Positions 1 to 12,189 of a DNA stretch of 64,000 nucleotides are shown piece by piece (positions within the stretch are counted from its first letter, which is position 1; each line of letters starts with the position of its first letter). The DNA comes from Malacoraja senta (taxonomy: Eukaryota). The DNA lies in contig CM075995.1 in the NCBI GenBank assembly GCA_038087875.1, forward strand, positions 622,001-686,000, given 5' to 3'. The translations under genes were made by a program, and so were the position numbers. The notes under the pieces are model-generated. The model had not been told where the DNA came from, searched no databases, and was given only the letters and a program-made list of their open reading frames with translations.

Positions 1-885
1 CATTTGGAAGAGTGGGCTGAAAGATGGCAGATGGAGTTTAATGCTGATAAATGTGAGGTACTACATCTCGGCAGGACAAATCAAAATAGGACGTACATGG
101 TAAACGGTAGAGAATTGAGGAATGCAGTTGAACAGAGGGATCTAGGAATAACTGTGCATAGTTCCCTGAAGGTGGAATCTCATGTAGATAGGGTGGTAAA
201 GAAAGCTTTTGGGGTGCTGGCCTTTATAAATCAGAGCATTGAATATAGAAGTTGGGATGTAATGTTAAAATTGTACAAGGCATTGGTGAGGCCAATTCTG
301 GAGTATGGAGTACAATTTTGGTCGCCTAATTATAGGAAGGATGTCAACAAAATAGAGAGAGTACAGAGGAGATTTACTAGAATGTTGCCTGGGTTTCAGC
401 AACTAAGTTACAGAGAAAGGTTGAACAAGTTAGGTCTTTATTCTTTGGAGCGCAGAAGGTTAAGAGGGGACTTGATAGAGGTCTTTAAAATTATGAGCGG
501 GTTAGACAGAGTTGACGTGGATAAGCTTTTTCCATTGAGAGTAGGGAAGATTCAAACAAGGGGACATGACTTGAGAATTAAGGGACAGAAGTTTAGGGGT
601 AACAATAGGGGGAACTTCTTTACTCAGAGAGTGGTAGCTGTGTGGAATGAGCTTCCAGTGGAAGTGGTAGAGGCTGGTTCGATTTTATCCTTTAAAAATA
701 GATTGGATGGGTATATGGACGGGAAAGGAATGGAGGGTTATGGTCTGAGTGCAGGTAGATGGGACTAGGGGGAAGTATTTATTTAAAAAAATTAAAAAAA
801 TTAAAATTAAAAAAAAATTTAAAAATGTTCGGCACGGACTTGAAGGGCCGAGATGGCCTGTTTCCGTGCTGTAATGGTTATATGG
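1..885 (+). mobile_element. CR1 LINE 3' portion (ORF2 C-terminus, 4-768) with 3' UTR
   Basis: WAERWQMEFNADKCEVLH, RPILEYGVQFWSP, LYSLERRRLRGDLIE and FFTQRVV motifs; 3' hairpin gggccga...ggcctgtttccgtgctg. Confidence 0.92.
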
Positions 886-934
886 AAAACTTGCCTGAAC
901 TCGCGGATTAGGTCGCCGCAGTGGGAAAGCCCCT
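886..934. mobile_element. Terminal remnant of a Harbinger-type MITE (same family as 25656-26100), interrupted by the CR1
   Basis: aactcgcggattaggtcgccgcagtgggaaagcccct followed by TAA is the near reverse complement of the terminus at 25656. Confidence 0.7.
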
Positions 935-1069
935 TAAGTCTGTCTCTTGCCCCCCCAACTTTAAAGCCACAGCTCGAGGTTAATCACAACTGCTTGTAGA
1001 CTGCTGGCTCCCAGCCAGGTGGAGCAGGCACAAAATGAACACATTCTCTCTCTTGTTTTTGAGCAGATA

Positions 1070-1243
1070 CAGTGCCCTCCATAATGTTTGGGACAAAGAC
1101 CCGTCATTTATTTATTTGCCTCTACTCCACAATTTGAGATTTGTAATAGAAAAAAATGTAGTTAAACTGCACATTGTCAGATTTTATTAAAGGGTATTTT
1201 TACACATTTTGGTTTCACCATGTAGAAATTACAGCAGTGTTTC
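1070..1243. mobile_element. Tc1/mariner-like terminal fragment
   Basis: TA followed by CAGTGCCCTCCATAATGTTTGGGACA, a typical Tc1-type terminus. No partner end seen. Confidence 0.55.
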
Positions 1244-1389
1244 ACGTATCATCAGGGGTGGTGGTGGAGGAAGATATAATAATGGTGTTTAAGAGGCTTT
1301 TAGATAGGCACATGGATATGCAGGGAATGGAGCTATATGCATTTCTGCAAGTACTGCTTGCGAGAGTTATCCAAAGTCATTGTCAATAA

Positions 1390-1900
1390 TAGTCATAGAA
1401 TGATGCATAGTGGAAACAGGCCCTTCAGCCAAACCTGCCCACACTGGCCAATGTATCCCAGCTACATTAGTCCCACTTGCCTGCACTTGGTCCATATCCC
1501 TCCAAACCTGTCCTATCCATGTGCCTGTCTAACTGTTTCTTAAACGTTGGGATAGTCCCAGCCTCAACTACCTCCTCTGGCAGCTTGTTCCATACACCAA
1601 CCACCCTTTATGTGAAAAAGTTACCCCTCGGATTCCTATTAAATCTTTTCCCCTTCACCTTGAACCTATGTCCTCTGGTCCTCAATTCCCCTACTCTGGG
1701 CAAGAGACTCTGTGCATCTACCCGATCTATTCCTCTCATGATTTTGTACACCTCTATAAGATCTCCCCTCATCCACCTGCGCTCCATGGAATAGAGACCC
1801 AGCCCACTCAACCTCTCCCTACAGCTCACACCCTCTAGTCCAGGCAACATCCTCTTAAATCCTTTCTTTCAAGCTTGACAATATCTTTCCAATAACAACA
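1390..1900 (-). mobile_element. CR1 LINE 3' fragment
   Basis: LGLYSMERRWMRGDLIEVYKIMRG...GNFFT on the minus strand, plus CR1 3' UTR. Confidence 0.88.
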
Positions 1901-3452
1901 ATATCTTTCCTATAACTGTAATTAGGCACATTGGTTACAAAGTTCCTTCAAGTCATGCAAATTTAAGCTTCAGGCAAACTGCTCAGTAGCAAAACCTACT
2001 GAGAACCATGTGTGTGGCTGCACAATGTCCAAGTGGGATTTTATGGAGCGCTCACATTCTTGGCAAACCATCAGAGGATAAAAACACTTTGATGCGTTAC
2101 AATTCCCAGTCTATTTATTTCAAAAAATATTTTTAAATTATAACTTTTGAAAAATGATGTAGAAGCTTATGTATCAGGGCAGCACAGTGGCACAGCACCA
2201 GAGACCCGAGTTCTAGCCTGACCTATCAGTAGTCAGTAATGATTTGGACGAGGGGATTGAAGGCTTTGTGGCAGTTTGCCGATGATACGAAAATAGGTGG
2301 AAGGATAGATAGTGAAGAGAAAGCAGGGACTCTGCTGAACGACTTGGACAGGTTGGGAGAGTGGGCAGAGAAGTGGCAGATGGAATATAGTGTAGCAAAG
2401 TGTGGAGTCATGCATTTTGGTAGTAGGAATAAAGGCACAGAGTATTTTCTAAATGGGGAGAGAACACAGAAAAGTTCATCTGCAAGTCGAATCGGTAGTA
2501 AAGAAAGCAAACGCAATGCTAGCATTTCATTCAAGAGGGCTTGTGTACAAAAATAGGGATGTATTTATTTAGTCAGAGGGTGGTGAATCTGTGGAATTCT
2601 TTGCCACAGAAAGCTGTGGAGGCCAAGTCAGTAGAAAATCTTTAAGGCAGAGATAGATAGATTCTTGACTAGTACAGGTGTCAGAGGTTATGGGGAGAAG
2701 GCAGGAGAATGGGATTAGGAGGGTGAGATAGATCAGCCATGATTGAATGGCGGAGTAGACTTGATGGGCCAAATGGCCCAATTCTACTCCTATCCCTTAG
2801 GACAACAATTGGTGGTGTAGATGGCGCATGTTAGCTGGCATGGGCAGGTTGGGCTGAAGGGCCTGTTCCCACGCTGTATGATTCTATAACAGGTTTGGAA
2901 ATACAGGACTTGATAGATAATGTAGTAAACAAAATAAAAGTTCAATAAAAGAATCCTAATAAACTGCAAAACAAAACCAAGCCCGAAGTCCCTGGTGCAT
3001 CCAAGGCAATTTGAAGTTCAGTTGATAGTTCGTTGTTAGCACTACTTGAAAAGGGAAGCAGGAAGCATGTTTCATAACTTTAATTTGAAAAAAACTGATA
3101 CATTCTTGAGCAGCAGATGTTTGTGCAAGGCTATGGGAAGGTCCAAGCAGTTGGACGGCTCTTTGAAAGAAATAGCACAGGTATGACAGGCCTCCTTCTG
3201 TACTCCGGTTTTATAAAATACATGGAGAAGTGGGGAGGGAAAATTCACAAAATAGAAAGGATACATTGACACAGCCCAGGATTTGGATAACGATCACTCA
3301 GCAAAAAAAAAATCAAAAAGTTAACGGAGAACATGTCTTCCTAACAGTATTCCTTGACCAAGCCATCACAAACACGAGTGATAAAGACCACAGATGTTGG
3401 AATCTGAAGCAAAGACACTGGAGGAATTTAGCAGCTCGGGAAGTCTCCCAGG

Positions 3453-3732
3453 TTTAGTTTAGCAGAAACAGGCCCTTCAGCCCACCGAAACCGCGCCGAT
3501 TCCCGTATACCAACACTATCCTACACACTAGGGACAATTTACCATCTTTACCAAAGCCAATTAACCTACAAACCTGTATGTTTTTGGAGTGTGGGAGGAA
3601 ACCGGAGCACCCAGAGAAAAGCCACGCAGTCACGAAGAACACAGGAAGTGCAGACACCACCTGTTGTCGGGATCAAACCCGGGTCTCTGGTGCTGTAAGG
3701 CAGCAACTCTACTGCTGCGCCACCGTGCTGCC
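3453..3732 (-). mobile_element. HE1-like tRNA-derived V-SINE
   Basis: A/B-box-like head (ggtggcgcagcagtag...gggtttgatccc), V-domain (ggtttcctcccacactccaaa...aggttaattggc) and CR1-type tail. Confidence 0.85.
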
Positions 3733-3968
3733 CCACGTGCAAGGATTTTACTGTGAACTCCAGTCCCTGAAATATTCTAGACATGGTGCATAATTTAAGA
3801 ACCAGAGATATCAGCATGAATAATATTTTGAGGCCATTTAATACTAGCTCGCACAGGATATTACTTTTAATCTGTCCCACCACCAAGAAAAACACTTTCA
3901 GATTAGCATGGCAGTCAGCTCCCATCATGGCAGTCAGCTTGCAGGAGGATGAGGGGTTATCCTCTCAC

Positions 3969-4715
3969 GATGGCAGCCTCGCCAACAGTCTGTCTGTCTT
4001 TTTTATTACTTTTAGTGTGTTTTAAAAGTTTGTGTTAATGTTCTCTGGTTTGTTTTATGTGGGGGGAGGGGGAGAGGTCGGGGAAATTCTTTTCAATCTC
4101 TTACCCTGCCGGAGATGCGATAGTTTTCCGGATCGTATCTCCGGACGCTCTGTGGCCTAATATCATGGAGCTGGAGGACTTGCTCGGGACTGACTTTGAG
4201 CCCCACTGCGGGGACGTGGACTTACCATTGGAGCCGGTCCCTTGCCTGGGATCGACGCTCCAACCGCAGCCTGCAGATTTCACCATCGAGGAGCTCGCAG
4301 TCTCGGGTAGAAACCAATGTAGGGAAGCTCCAACAATGCAGAAGGTTCAACCAGCCCCGACCCGGGGTCAGACCGCCCAGTGCGGGGGAGCTGAGATTAC
4401 CTCCCCCCAACCCCCGATGCAGGAGCTTGATCGCCCCGACGAAGAGGGCTCGACCGCCAGCTACGGGAGCCAAGATCGTCCCGTCAACGGAAGGCTTGAG
4501 GCCCCCGATTGCGGGAGAACAAAGAAGGGAAGAGATTTATCTTTTTTTCGCCTTCCATCACAGTGAGGAATGTGGAGTCACTGTGGTGGATGTTTATGTT
4601 AAAATGTATTATGTGTGTTCTGCTGCTCTTTTTATTGGTATGACTGTATGGCAAATGAAATTCCTCGTATGTTGCAAAACATACTTGGCTAATAAAGTAT
4701 TATTATGATTATGAT
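3969..4715 (+). mobile_element. Non-autonomous retroposon without tRNA head, copy A
   Basis: Shares the 5' atggc(a/t)gcctcgccaacagtctgtctgtc with 15565-16198, and the internal hairpin, tggcctaa(c/t)atc and gccttcca(t/c)cacagt with 15565-16198 and 35770-36640. Ends in AATAAA plus short tandem repeats. Confidence 0.7.
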
Positions 4716-7700
4716 CTTAAAGAGGTATATAAAATCATGAGGGGAATAGATAGGGTGAATGCACAGCATCTTTTACCCAGAGTTTGGGAATCAAGAACCA
4801 GAGGACTTAGGTTTACAGTGGGAGGGGAAAGATTTAATAGATACCCGAGGGGCAACTTTTTCCACTCTGAGGGATTGGGTATATGGAACGAGCTGCCAGA
4901 GGAGGTAGTTGAGGTAGGTACAATAACAACTTGGACCGGGTCAAGGATAGGAATGGTTTAGAGGAACATGGGGTCAAATGCAGACAAATGGGACTAACAT
5001 AAATGAAGCATCTTGGTTGGCATGGACAAGTTGGGCCAAATGGCCTGTTTCATTGACTACGACCATCTCTGTTTAACCTCCACATAACTGTACGCTTGTC
5101 TTAATATTCCAAATGCTTTACTGTATTATCTCAACACTGAAAATAACCAGACCCTTTCAAAGCCTAATCTGAATGCTATTCATTGTACTCTTGAAATGTT
5201 TTTGACCGACGCAAGATTTAATTTGCCCTTTGTTGTTCAGTGGATTAAGCCACATCCACTGCGACTCCTGCCCCTGTACATGATCCATATAGTTCTCCAT
5301 TTCACTCCAAGGATTACTGAAGGGAGGTGTAAACTTTCATGCATTAAATTAGCAATGACTGCTCTAAGAAGGCATTACCATGCAGATAACTGGCATTGGT
5401 GGTCAAAAATACTACACAGATACCCGACCAATGACACACTCCCTTTCTACATGAAAGATATTTTCATCCTGTTGAGAAGCAGAATGATTGCAATGGATAC
5501 TGGGTGGCTGCCAAAGAAACTTTAAATGAAAGTTTACTGGACTCGCTCAAACCTAGGATGTCCCACAGGTTTTTTTCAGCTGTGAAGTGCAGTTGCTGTA
5601 GTAATGTTGGAAGTATGGCGGCATAGTGGTTATTACAGGACCATTACACCAGAGAGAAGTTTAAAACACTGGTGGCTGAGAAATTAAAATTATAATGAAT
5701 ATGAAAATTAAGAAAACTCATTCTTATTAATGAGCTATTTTATCCTTGTAAAAAACTCACTTGGTGGACTAATTTTGATTCTGAAGAAGAAATCGGTGAC
5801 GTTCACTTAGGGAACAAGCAAATAAAAATAATTCTGCAATGTATGGTGACAAAACGCTCCGATGTATGCATCCATTGCTGTCGGTTCATCTGCAAGGCCA
5901 TCCAGTGTACAGATACAGGGTGAAGGGAATAACATTTGGTGCAAGATAAAGTCCAATTAAAGATAATCCGAGGGTCTTCAATGAGGTAGCTCAGGTCCAC
6001 TCTCTGGTTGTTCTTCTCATTTGGTTCAATGTTCCCTTTCGGTACATGTGGCAATTAAACACTCTTGACTCTGAATGCTTCGAGCAGCAAGCCAGTAATG
6101 ATGTCTGGCACCAAGTAATCCCAGTGCACACAGCACCAAGGAGGTTACTATCAGTGCTGACAGACAGACAGACTGTCGACAGCATTTCCTATTATTCTGC
6201 TAATGATCAGAGGTAATTAAGTTTGTTCTGCTGTTAGTGGATATGGCCTGCAAGGCATACCTGGATAATTGTCTGTATAGCTGGGTGGATGCCACTGTGT
6301 AACTGCACATCCACCAACTTGGCTGGAGATGTGGTACAGGCCCACGTGTTATGCAGTAAAGTTGTGATCGATTTAGGCATATTATTATCATCACGTGTAC
6401 CGAGATATAATGAAAAGCGTGAACATAGAACTGTACAGCACAAGAACAGGCCCTTCGGTGTAGAACATGAGAAACGCGGGTTTATTGGATACACTGGTGC
6501 ATACTTTGATTAATCTCACCGATGTTCACCTTGGACTGAGATCTGGAATGGCACCGAATCAGCCATTGCAAGCAGGAGGTAGACAAAAGTGCTGGAGAAA
6601 CTCAGCGGGTGCAGCAGCATCTATGGAGCGAAGGAAATAGGCAACGTTTCGGGCCGAAGCCCTTCTTCAGACGCAGGAGGCACAGGTGAGAACTTCACGA
6701 TGCAGCTTTATAGGATTTTGGTTAGGCTGCATTTGGAGCCATGCAGTTCTGGACGGCCCATTACAGGAAGGGTGTGGAGGCTTTAAGGGGGTGTATGAGA
6801 ACGCTGCCAGGATTACAGGGGTTTCAGCTACAGAGAGACTTTGTTTTCTCTGGAAAGTCAGAGGATGAGGGGAGACTTGATAGAAGTTTATAAAATGATG
6901 AGGCATAGATAGGGTAGGCAGTCAGAACCTTTCTCCCATGGTGGAGATGTCCTACACTAGAGGGCATAGCCATAAGGTGAGGGGAGGGGGGGGGGATAGG
7001 TTTAATGGAGATGTGCAGGCACGTTTTTTTTTAAACTCAGACTAGAGGGGCCCTGGAACACACTGCCAGGGATGATGGTGGAGGCAGGGAACCATATTCT
7101 GTACTCTATACTTTCCCTTTTTGCTCTTTCTATAGTACTTGAGATTGACTGGACTGTGTTTATGTATGGTTTATTAGATCTGATTTGGATAGCATGCAAA
7201 ACAAAGCTTTTCACTGTGCCTCAGTACGTGACAATAATAAGTCTAAACCTAACCATGTCAGAAGGCATTCAAGAGTTAACCACATTGCTGTGTCTTCCGT
7301 CACAAATTGTTCAGACTCAGTACAAGCTAACCTGTTCTTTTTTCTTTTCATGAAGGACACTAGTTGAGCAGCTGGAGTAACTCGACGAGTCAGGCGGCAT
7401 TTCTGGAGAAAAGGAATAGGCGACCTTTCAGGTCGAGAACTTTCTTCAGGGTCTCAACCCAAAACGTCACCTATTCCTTTTCTCCAGCGATGCTGCCTGA
7501 CCCGTTGAGTTACTCCAGCATTTTGTGCCTATCTTGCATGTAAGCCAGCATTTGCAGTTCCTTCCTACACAGCTGGATTTTTTATGCTAATTGTTTAGTT
7601 ACTAACATTAGCATATATTGTTTTTTTGTTAAAAATCCAGATATTTCACTAATGAGTTAAATTCTTTGGATTCTGTGATGGGATTTAGGTTCATAAGATC

Positions 7701-8036
7701 TCAGCTTCTAAATCATTAGATACGTACTTAACCAATGCCATACTCGGCTCCATTTATCCCCCGTTCAATAGCATGATTGCAAGGGATAAATAAGGTGTCC
7801 CCTCTGCTTCAAAACAGTAGCATGGACGCTTTTTCAGCTAGATTGTCACATCCAAAAGTTGGCACCCTCAACAGCACAAGTTTCCAGGATGAACAATTTT
7901 TTATGATCTAATCTCTGTAATGGATCACAGAACATCACACTCCCGACTCACAAATAAGAATCATAAAAAAATTACAACAGGACAGGCATAGATAGGGTAG
8001 TCAGAACCTTTTTCCTAGGTTGGAAAAATCAATTAC

Positions 8037-8338
8037 GAGCGGCACGGTGGCGCAGCGGTAGAGTTGCTGCCTTACAGCGAATGCAGCGGCGGAGACCCGG
8101 GTTCGAACCCGACTAAGGGTGTTGTCTGTACGGAGTTTGTACGTTCTCCCCATGACCTGCGTGGCTTTTCTCCGAGATCTTCGGTTTCCTCCCACACTCC
8201 AAAGACGTACAGGTATGTAGATTAATTGGCTTAGTAAGTGTAAAAATTGTCCCTAGTGTGTGTCAGATAGGGCTAATATGCGGTGATGGCTGGTCAGCAT
8301 GGACCCGGTGGGCCTGTTTCTGCGTTGTATCTCTGAAA
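8037..8338 (+). mobile_element. HE1-like V-SINE inserted in a CR1 fragment
   Basis: tRNA-like head, V-domain and CR1-like tail; CR1 sequence continues on both sides. Confidence 0.85.
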
Positions 8339-11300
8339 AAAATACTAGAGGGCATAGCTTTAAAATGAGAGGGGCAAAGTTTAAGTGAGATATGCGGGGC
8401 AAGTTTTATTTTACACAGAGGGTGGTGAGTGCCTGGAACGTGCTGCCGGGGTCGGTTGCTGAGGCAGACATGATAGTGGCATTTAAGAGGACTTTGGATA
8501 GGCACATGGATATGCAGAGAATGGAGGGATATGGATTATGTGCAGGTAGATAAGAGATGGTCTAGCCATCATGTTCATCACAGACATTGCAGATAAAAGG
8601 CCTGTTCTGTGATGTTCTATGTCCGCAGGTGGGACATGTTGGTCAGCGTGGGGAAGTTGGGCCTGATTCCACACTGTATGACTTCTGTGCTCTGCGATCA
8701 TTGAGCCATCAAAGATAGACGCAAAATGGAGTAACGCAGCGGGTCAAGCAGTATCTCTGGAGAAAAGGAATAGGTGACGTTTCAGGTCGAGACCTTTCTT
8801 CAGATTGAGTTACTCCAGTATTTTGTATATCTATGGTGTAAACCTGGATCTGCAGTTCCTGCCGACGCATCAAAGATCCATCATTACTGTGCCATCGGTT
8901 AAGAATACCATTAGACCAATATTTACACTCACAAGCTCGAGTGGTTTACTTTGCTCTAATCCTATGTCAATTATTCTGTAGTATTCACAAGTTTATTCAT
9001 CTCAATTCTGCATTTGTCTGATTTCCCAGATGTAATAGGGGTGGGTATACAGAACAGGCTGCCAGATGAGGTCGTTGAGGCAGGTACTATAACAACATTT
9101 AAAAGACACTTGGGCAGGAACATGGATAGGAAAGATTTAAAGGGATACGAGCCAAACACGGGCAAATGGGACATCTTGGTCTCGACATCGATGAGATGAG
9201 CTGAAGGACCAGTTTCCGTGCTGAGTGGCTCAATGACTCTAATGAAGCAGACACAACTTTTTTTTTAATACACGTGGAGTTCTGTATTATATCCATAGGG
9301 AGTTTTATTTAAGTTCATTAAAATCTTGTTTGTGTAAAACACAGCATTTGCTCTGACAGATCCTTCCACCGGCAGCGTCCCAGAAGAGGCAGCGGTGGGA
9401 GAGAATGGGATACAGCAACAGTAGGAAACGGGTCCTGGTGGACAGAGCTGTGTCCCAAAAGGATTATCCGCAATTGTTTTGTACTGTTTAAATGGAACGC
9501 TGGATTAGACAGGGCACAATATCACAGGGTGAATGTGGCAAGAGAAGACTGGATATAAACAGTTGTTTTCTCAAAAACAGAGGTGTTTAAAAAAAAAAAT
9601 TCCAAGTCAGCATCTGCTGGCTGATGCTGTTTGACCCGCTGAGTTACTCCAGCACTGTGTCTTTTTATGCATGTTAACCGGCATCTGCAATTCCTTGTGT
9701 CAACATCTCAAGGCTTTGTTTGAATTACCATTACCTGCAGAGATTGGCTCATGTGCATGTAGAAGAGATTAGTTTATCTTGTTTGGCACAGACATTGTGG
9801 GTAGAAGGGCCTGTTGGTGTGCTGTACTGATCTATTCTTGCACTAGGATTTCCACAATACTACATTCAACATTTACTGATAAGTTGTAAACACAGGAAAA
9901 TACCAAATAGGGTCAGTGATAGCCATTCAGCCCCCATTATTCATTAAGATCATGGATAATCTTCTACCTCAATGCCATTTTCTAGCACCATCTTCAGATA
10001 CTTTGATTTCCAGAGTGCTCAGACATCTGTCACTCTGTTTTGAACGAACACAGCAATTGAGTATAGAGAACTCCAATGGTTCATCAATCTATGAATGAAG
10101 ACATTTCTCCTCATCTCAGGCCTAACCAGCTTACCACCGAGTCCCTATTTCCTTTTTGTCCACCTGTCCCCTTCCACCCACATCCCACCCTCCGGCTTTA
10201 CATTTCACTCCTCTTCTCTCTTCAGCCAGCAGGAATCTGAGGGGTAACTTTTTGCACACAAAGGGTGGTGGGTGTATGGAACAAGCTGCCAGAGGAGGCA
10301 GTTAAGGCAGGGACTATCCCAACATTTCAGAAACAGTTAGAGAGGTACATGAATAGGACAGGTTTGAAGGGATATGGACCAAACGCAGGCAGGTGGGACA
10401 TGTTGGCCGGTGTGGGCAAGTTGAGCCGAAGGCCTGTTCCACACTATCACTCTATCCAACACTGTGTCTCCTTTTCATCTCTAGCCTTTATCATTTACTC
10501 CAACCATCTGCCAAAACAAAAACAAAACATCCTCTCACGTGTATCCACCCATCACATGCCAGGCTTTGCCCCACCCCCATCTCTTTATGGCGGCGTAGAA
10601 TTGATCATAAGGTCACCGGCGGTAGGAGCAGAATGGGGCCAGTCAGCCCATCAAGTTTACTCCACTGTTCAATCACAGCTGATCTAACTCTCCCTCCTAA
10701 CCCCATTCTCCTGCCTTCTCCCCGGAACCTCTGACACCCGTACTAATCAAGAATCTATCCATATCTGCCTTAAAAATATTCATTGACGCCCTCCACAGCC
10801 TTCTGTGCCAAAGAATTCCACAGATTCACCACCTTCTAACTAAAGGAATTTCTCCTCATCTCCTTCCTCAAGGAACACCCATTAATTTCTGAGGCTGTGA
10901 CCTCTGGTGCTAGACTCTCCCACTAGTGGAAACATCATCTCCACATCCACTCTATCCAAGCCTTTCACTATTCGGTAAGTTTCAATGAGGACTCCCTCAT
11001 CCTTCTAAACTCCAGCGAGTACAGGGCCAGTGCCATCAAATGCTCAACATATGTTAACCCAACTCATTCAATAGACAATAGGTGCAGGAGTAGGCCATTC
11101 GGCCCTTCGAGCCAGCACCACCATTCACTGTGATCATCCACAATCAGTACCCCGTTCCTGCCTTCTCCCCATATCCCTTGACTCCACTACCTTTAAGTGC
11201 TCTATCTAATGATTCCTGGGATCATTCTTGTAAACATCCTCTGGACCCCTCTCCAGCATCTCCTTCCCCAGATATGGGGCACAAATTTGTTTGCAATACT

Positions 11301-11656
11301 CAAAAATTGTGGTCTGACCAGCGCCTTATAGAACCTCAGCATTGTATCCTTGCTTTTGTACCCCCCTCGAAATAATTGCTGGCATTGCATTTGCCCTCCT
11401 TGCCACTGATTACGTAGTAAATATCAGCGTTTTTAAAAAAAACAATGAATTGGCCTGCACAGCCTTCTGTGGCAATGAATTCCACAGATTCACCACCCTC
11501 TGACTGAAGAAATTCCTTCTCATCTCCCTCCTCAATCAAGGAACGTCCTTTAATTCTGAGGTTGTGACCTCTGGTCCTAGACTCCCCCACTAGGTGGGAA
11601 ACATCCTCTCCACATCCACTCTGTCCAGGCCTTTCACTGTTGTGCAGCAGCCTTAC

Positions 11657-12131
11657 CTCCCGGGTGCCCGTTCCCCGCTTGTTGCGGTGCATTTGCGGCG
11701 GTCAGGCGGTTGCCCGAGGCTGTGGCCACCACCTCCTGCTGCTGCTGCTGCTGCTGCTCGCCCCGGCTCTGTGCCTCGGCCGGAGCCGCCATGTACGGCC
11801 CGTAGAGCGAGAAAGGGTTGATGGCGGTTCCAGCTTCGCCCAGTCGGCCCACGGCCGGGTAGTAAGGAGGGAGCGGAGGGGCGGACACGGCCGCCATCAT
11901 CGTGGTGGTCGCCCAGCTCTGCCACTGCACGTAGCCGTAATATTGCCACAGCCATTCCTGCACTTTCCTGCAGTATTCCCCGGGGCTGTAGCTCCCGGGG
12001 GCGACTGCTTGGACGACGTAGTGGCGGCGGCGGCTCGTACCGTCTGTGCCTCGGGAGGGAGAGCGGGAACCGCCGCCATCGTCGTCGTCGAGCCCGGAGC
12101 CGGGCTTCCCTCCGCCGCGCGGCGTCGCCAT
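11657..12131 (-). CDS. FAM8A1: FAM8A1 first coding exon (N-terminal ~158 aa); downstream RDD-domain exons not found, presumably beyond position 1
   Basis: ATG at 12131 in gtcATGG context. Translation MATPRGGGKPGSGLDDDDGGG...YSPGEYCRKVQEWLWQYYGYVQW...INPF resembles the FAM8A1 motif (human as recalled: LSAREYSRQVHEWLWQSYCGYLTW...YNPF). Ends with a phase-1 donor G|GTAAGG at 11657/11656. CpG-rich, and lies downstream of CAP2 as in mammals. Confidence 0.88.
11736..11756 (-). repeat. (CAG)7 coding repeat, polyglutamine in FAM8A1 exon 1
   Basis: (ctg)7 on the plus strand; QQQQQQQ in the ORF. Confidence 0.9.
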
Positions 12132-12189
12132 GACTGCAGGCTCCAGGCGGGACGAGGTGTAGACGCTGTGGGTTTTTTTCCTTTCCCCC

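Noticed and set aside
4057..4708. ORFs of ~170 aa in the tRNA-less retroposon
   Set aside because: Frames are not conserved in the related copies.
1..11650. Search for FAM8A1 exon 2 (REYVIPSLAHRF-like)
   Set aside because: No matching minus-strand coding sequence found by eye; a short diverged exon could have been missed.
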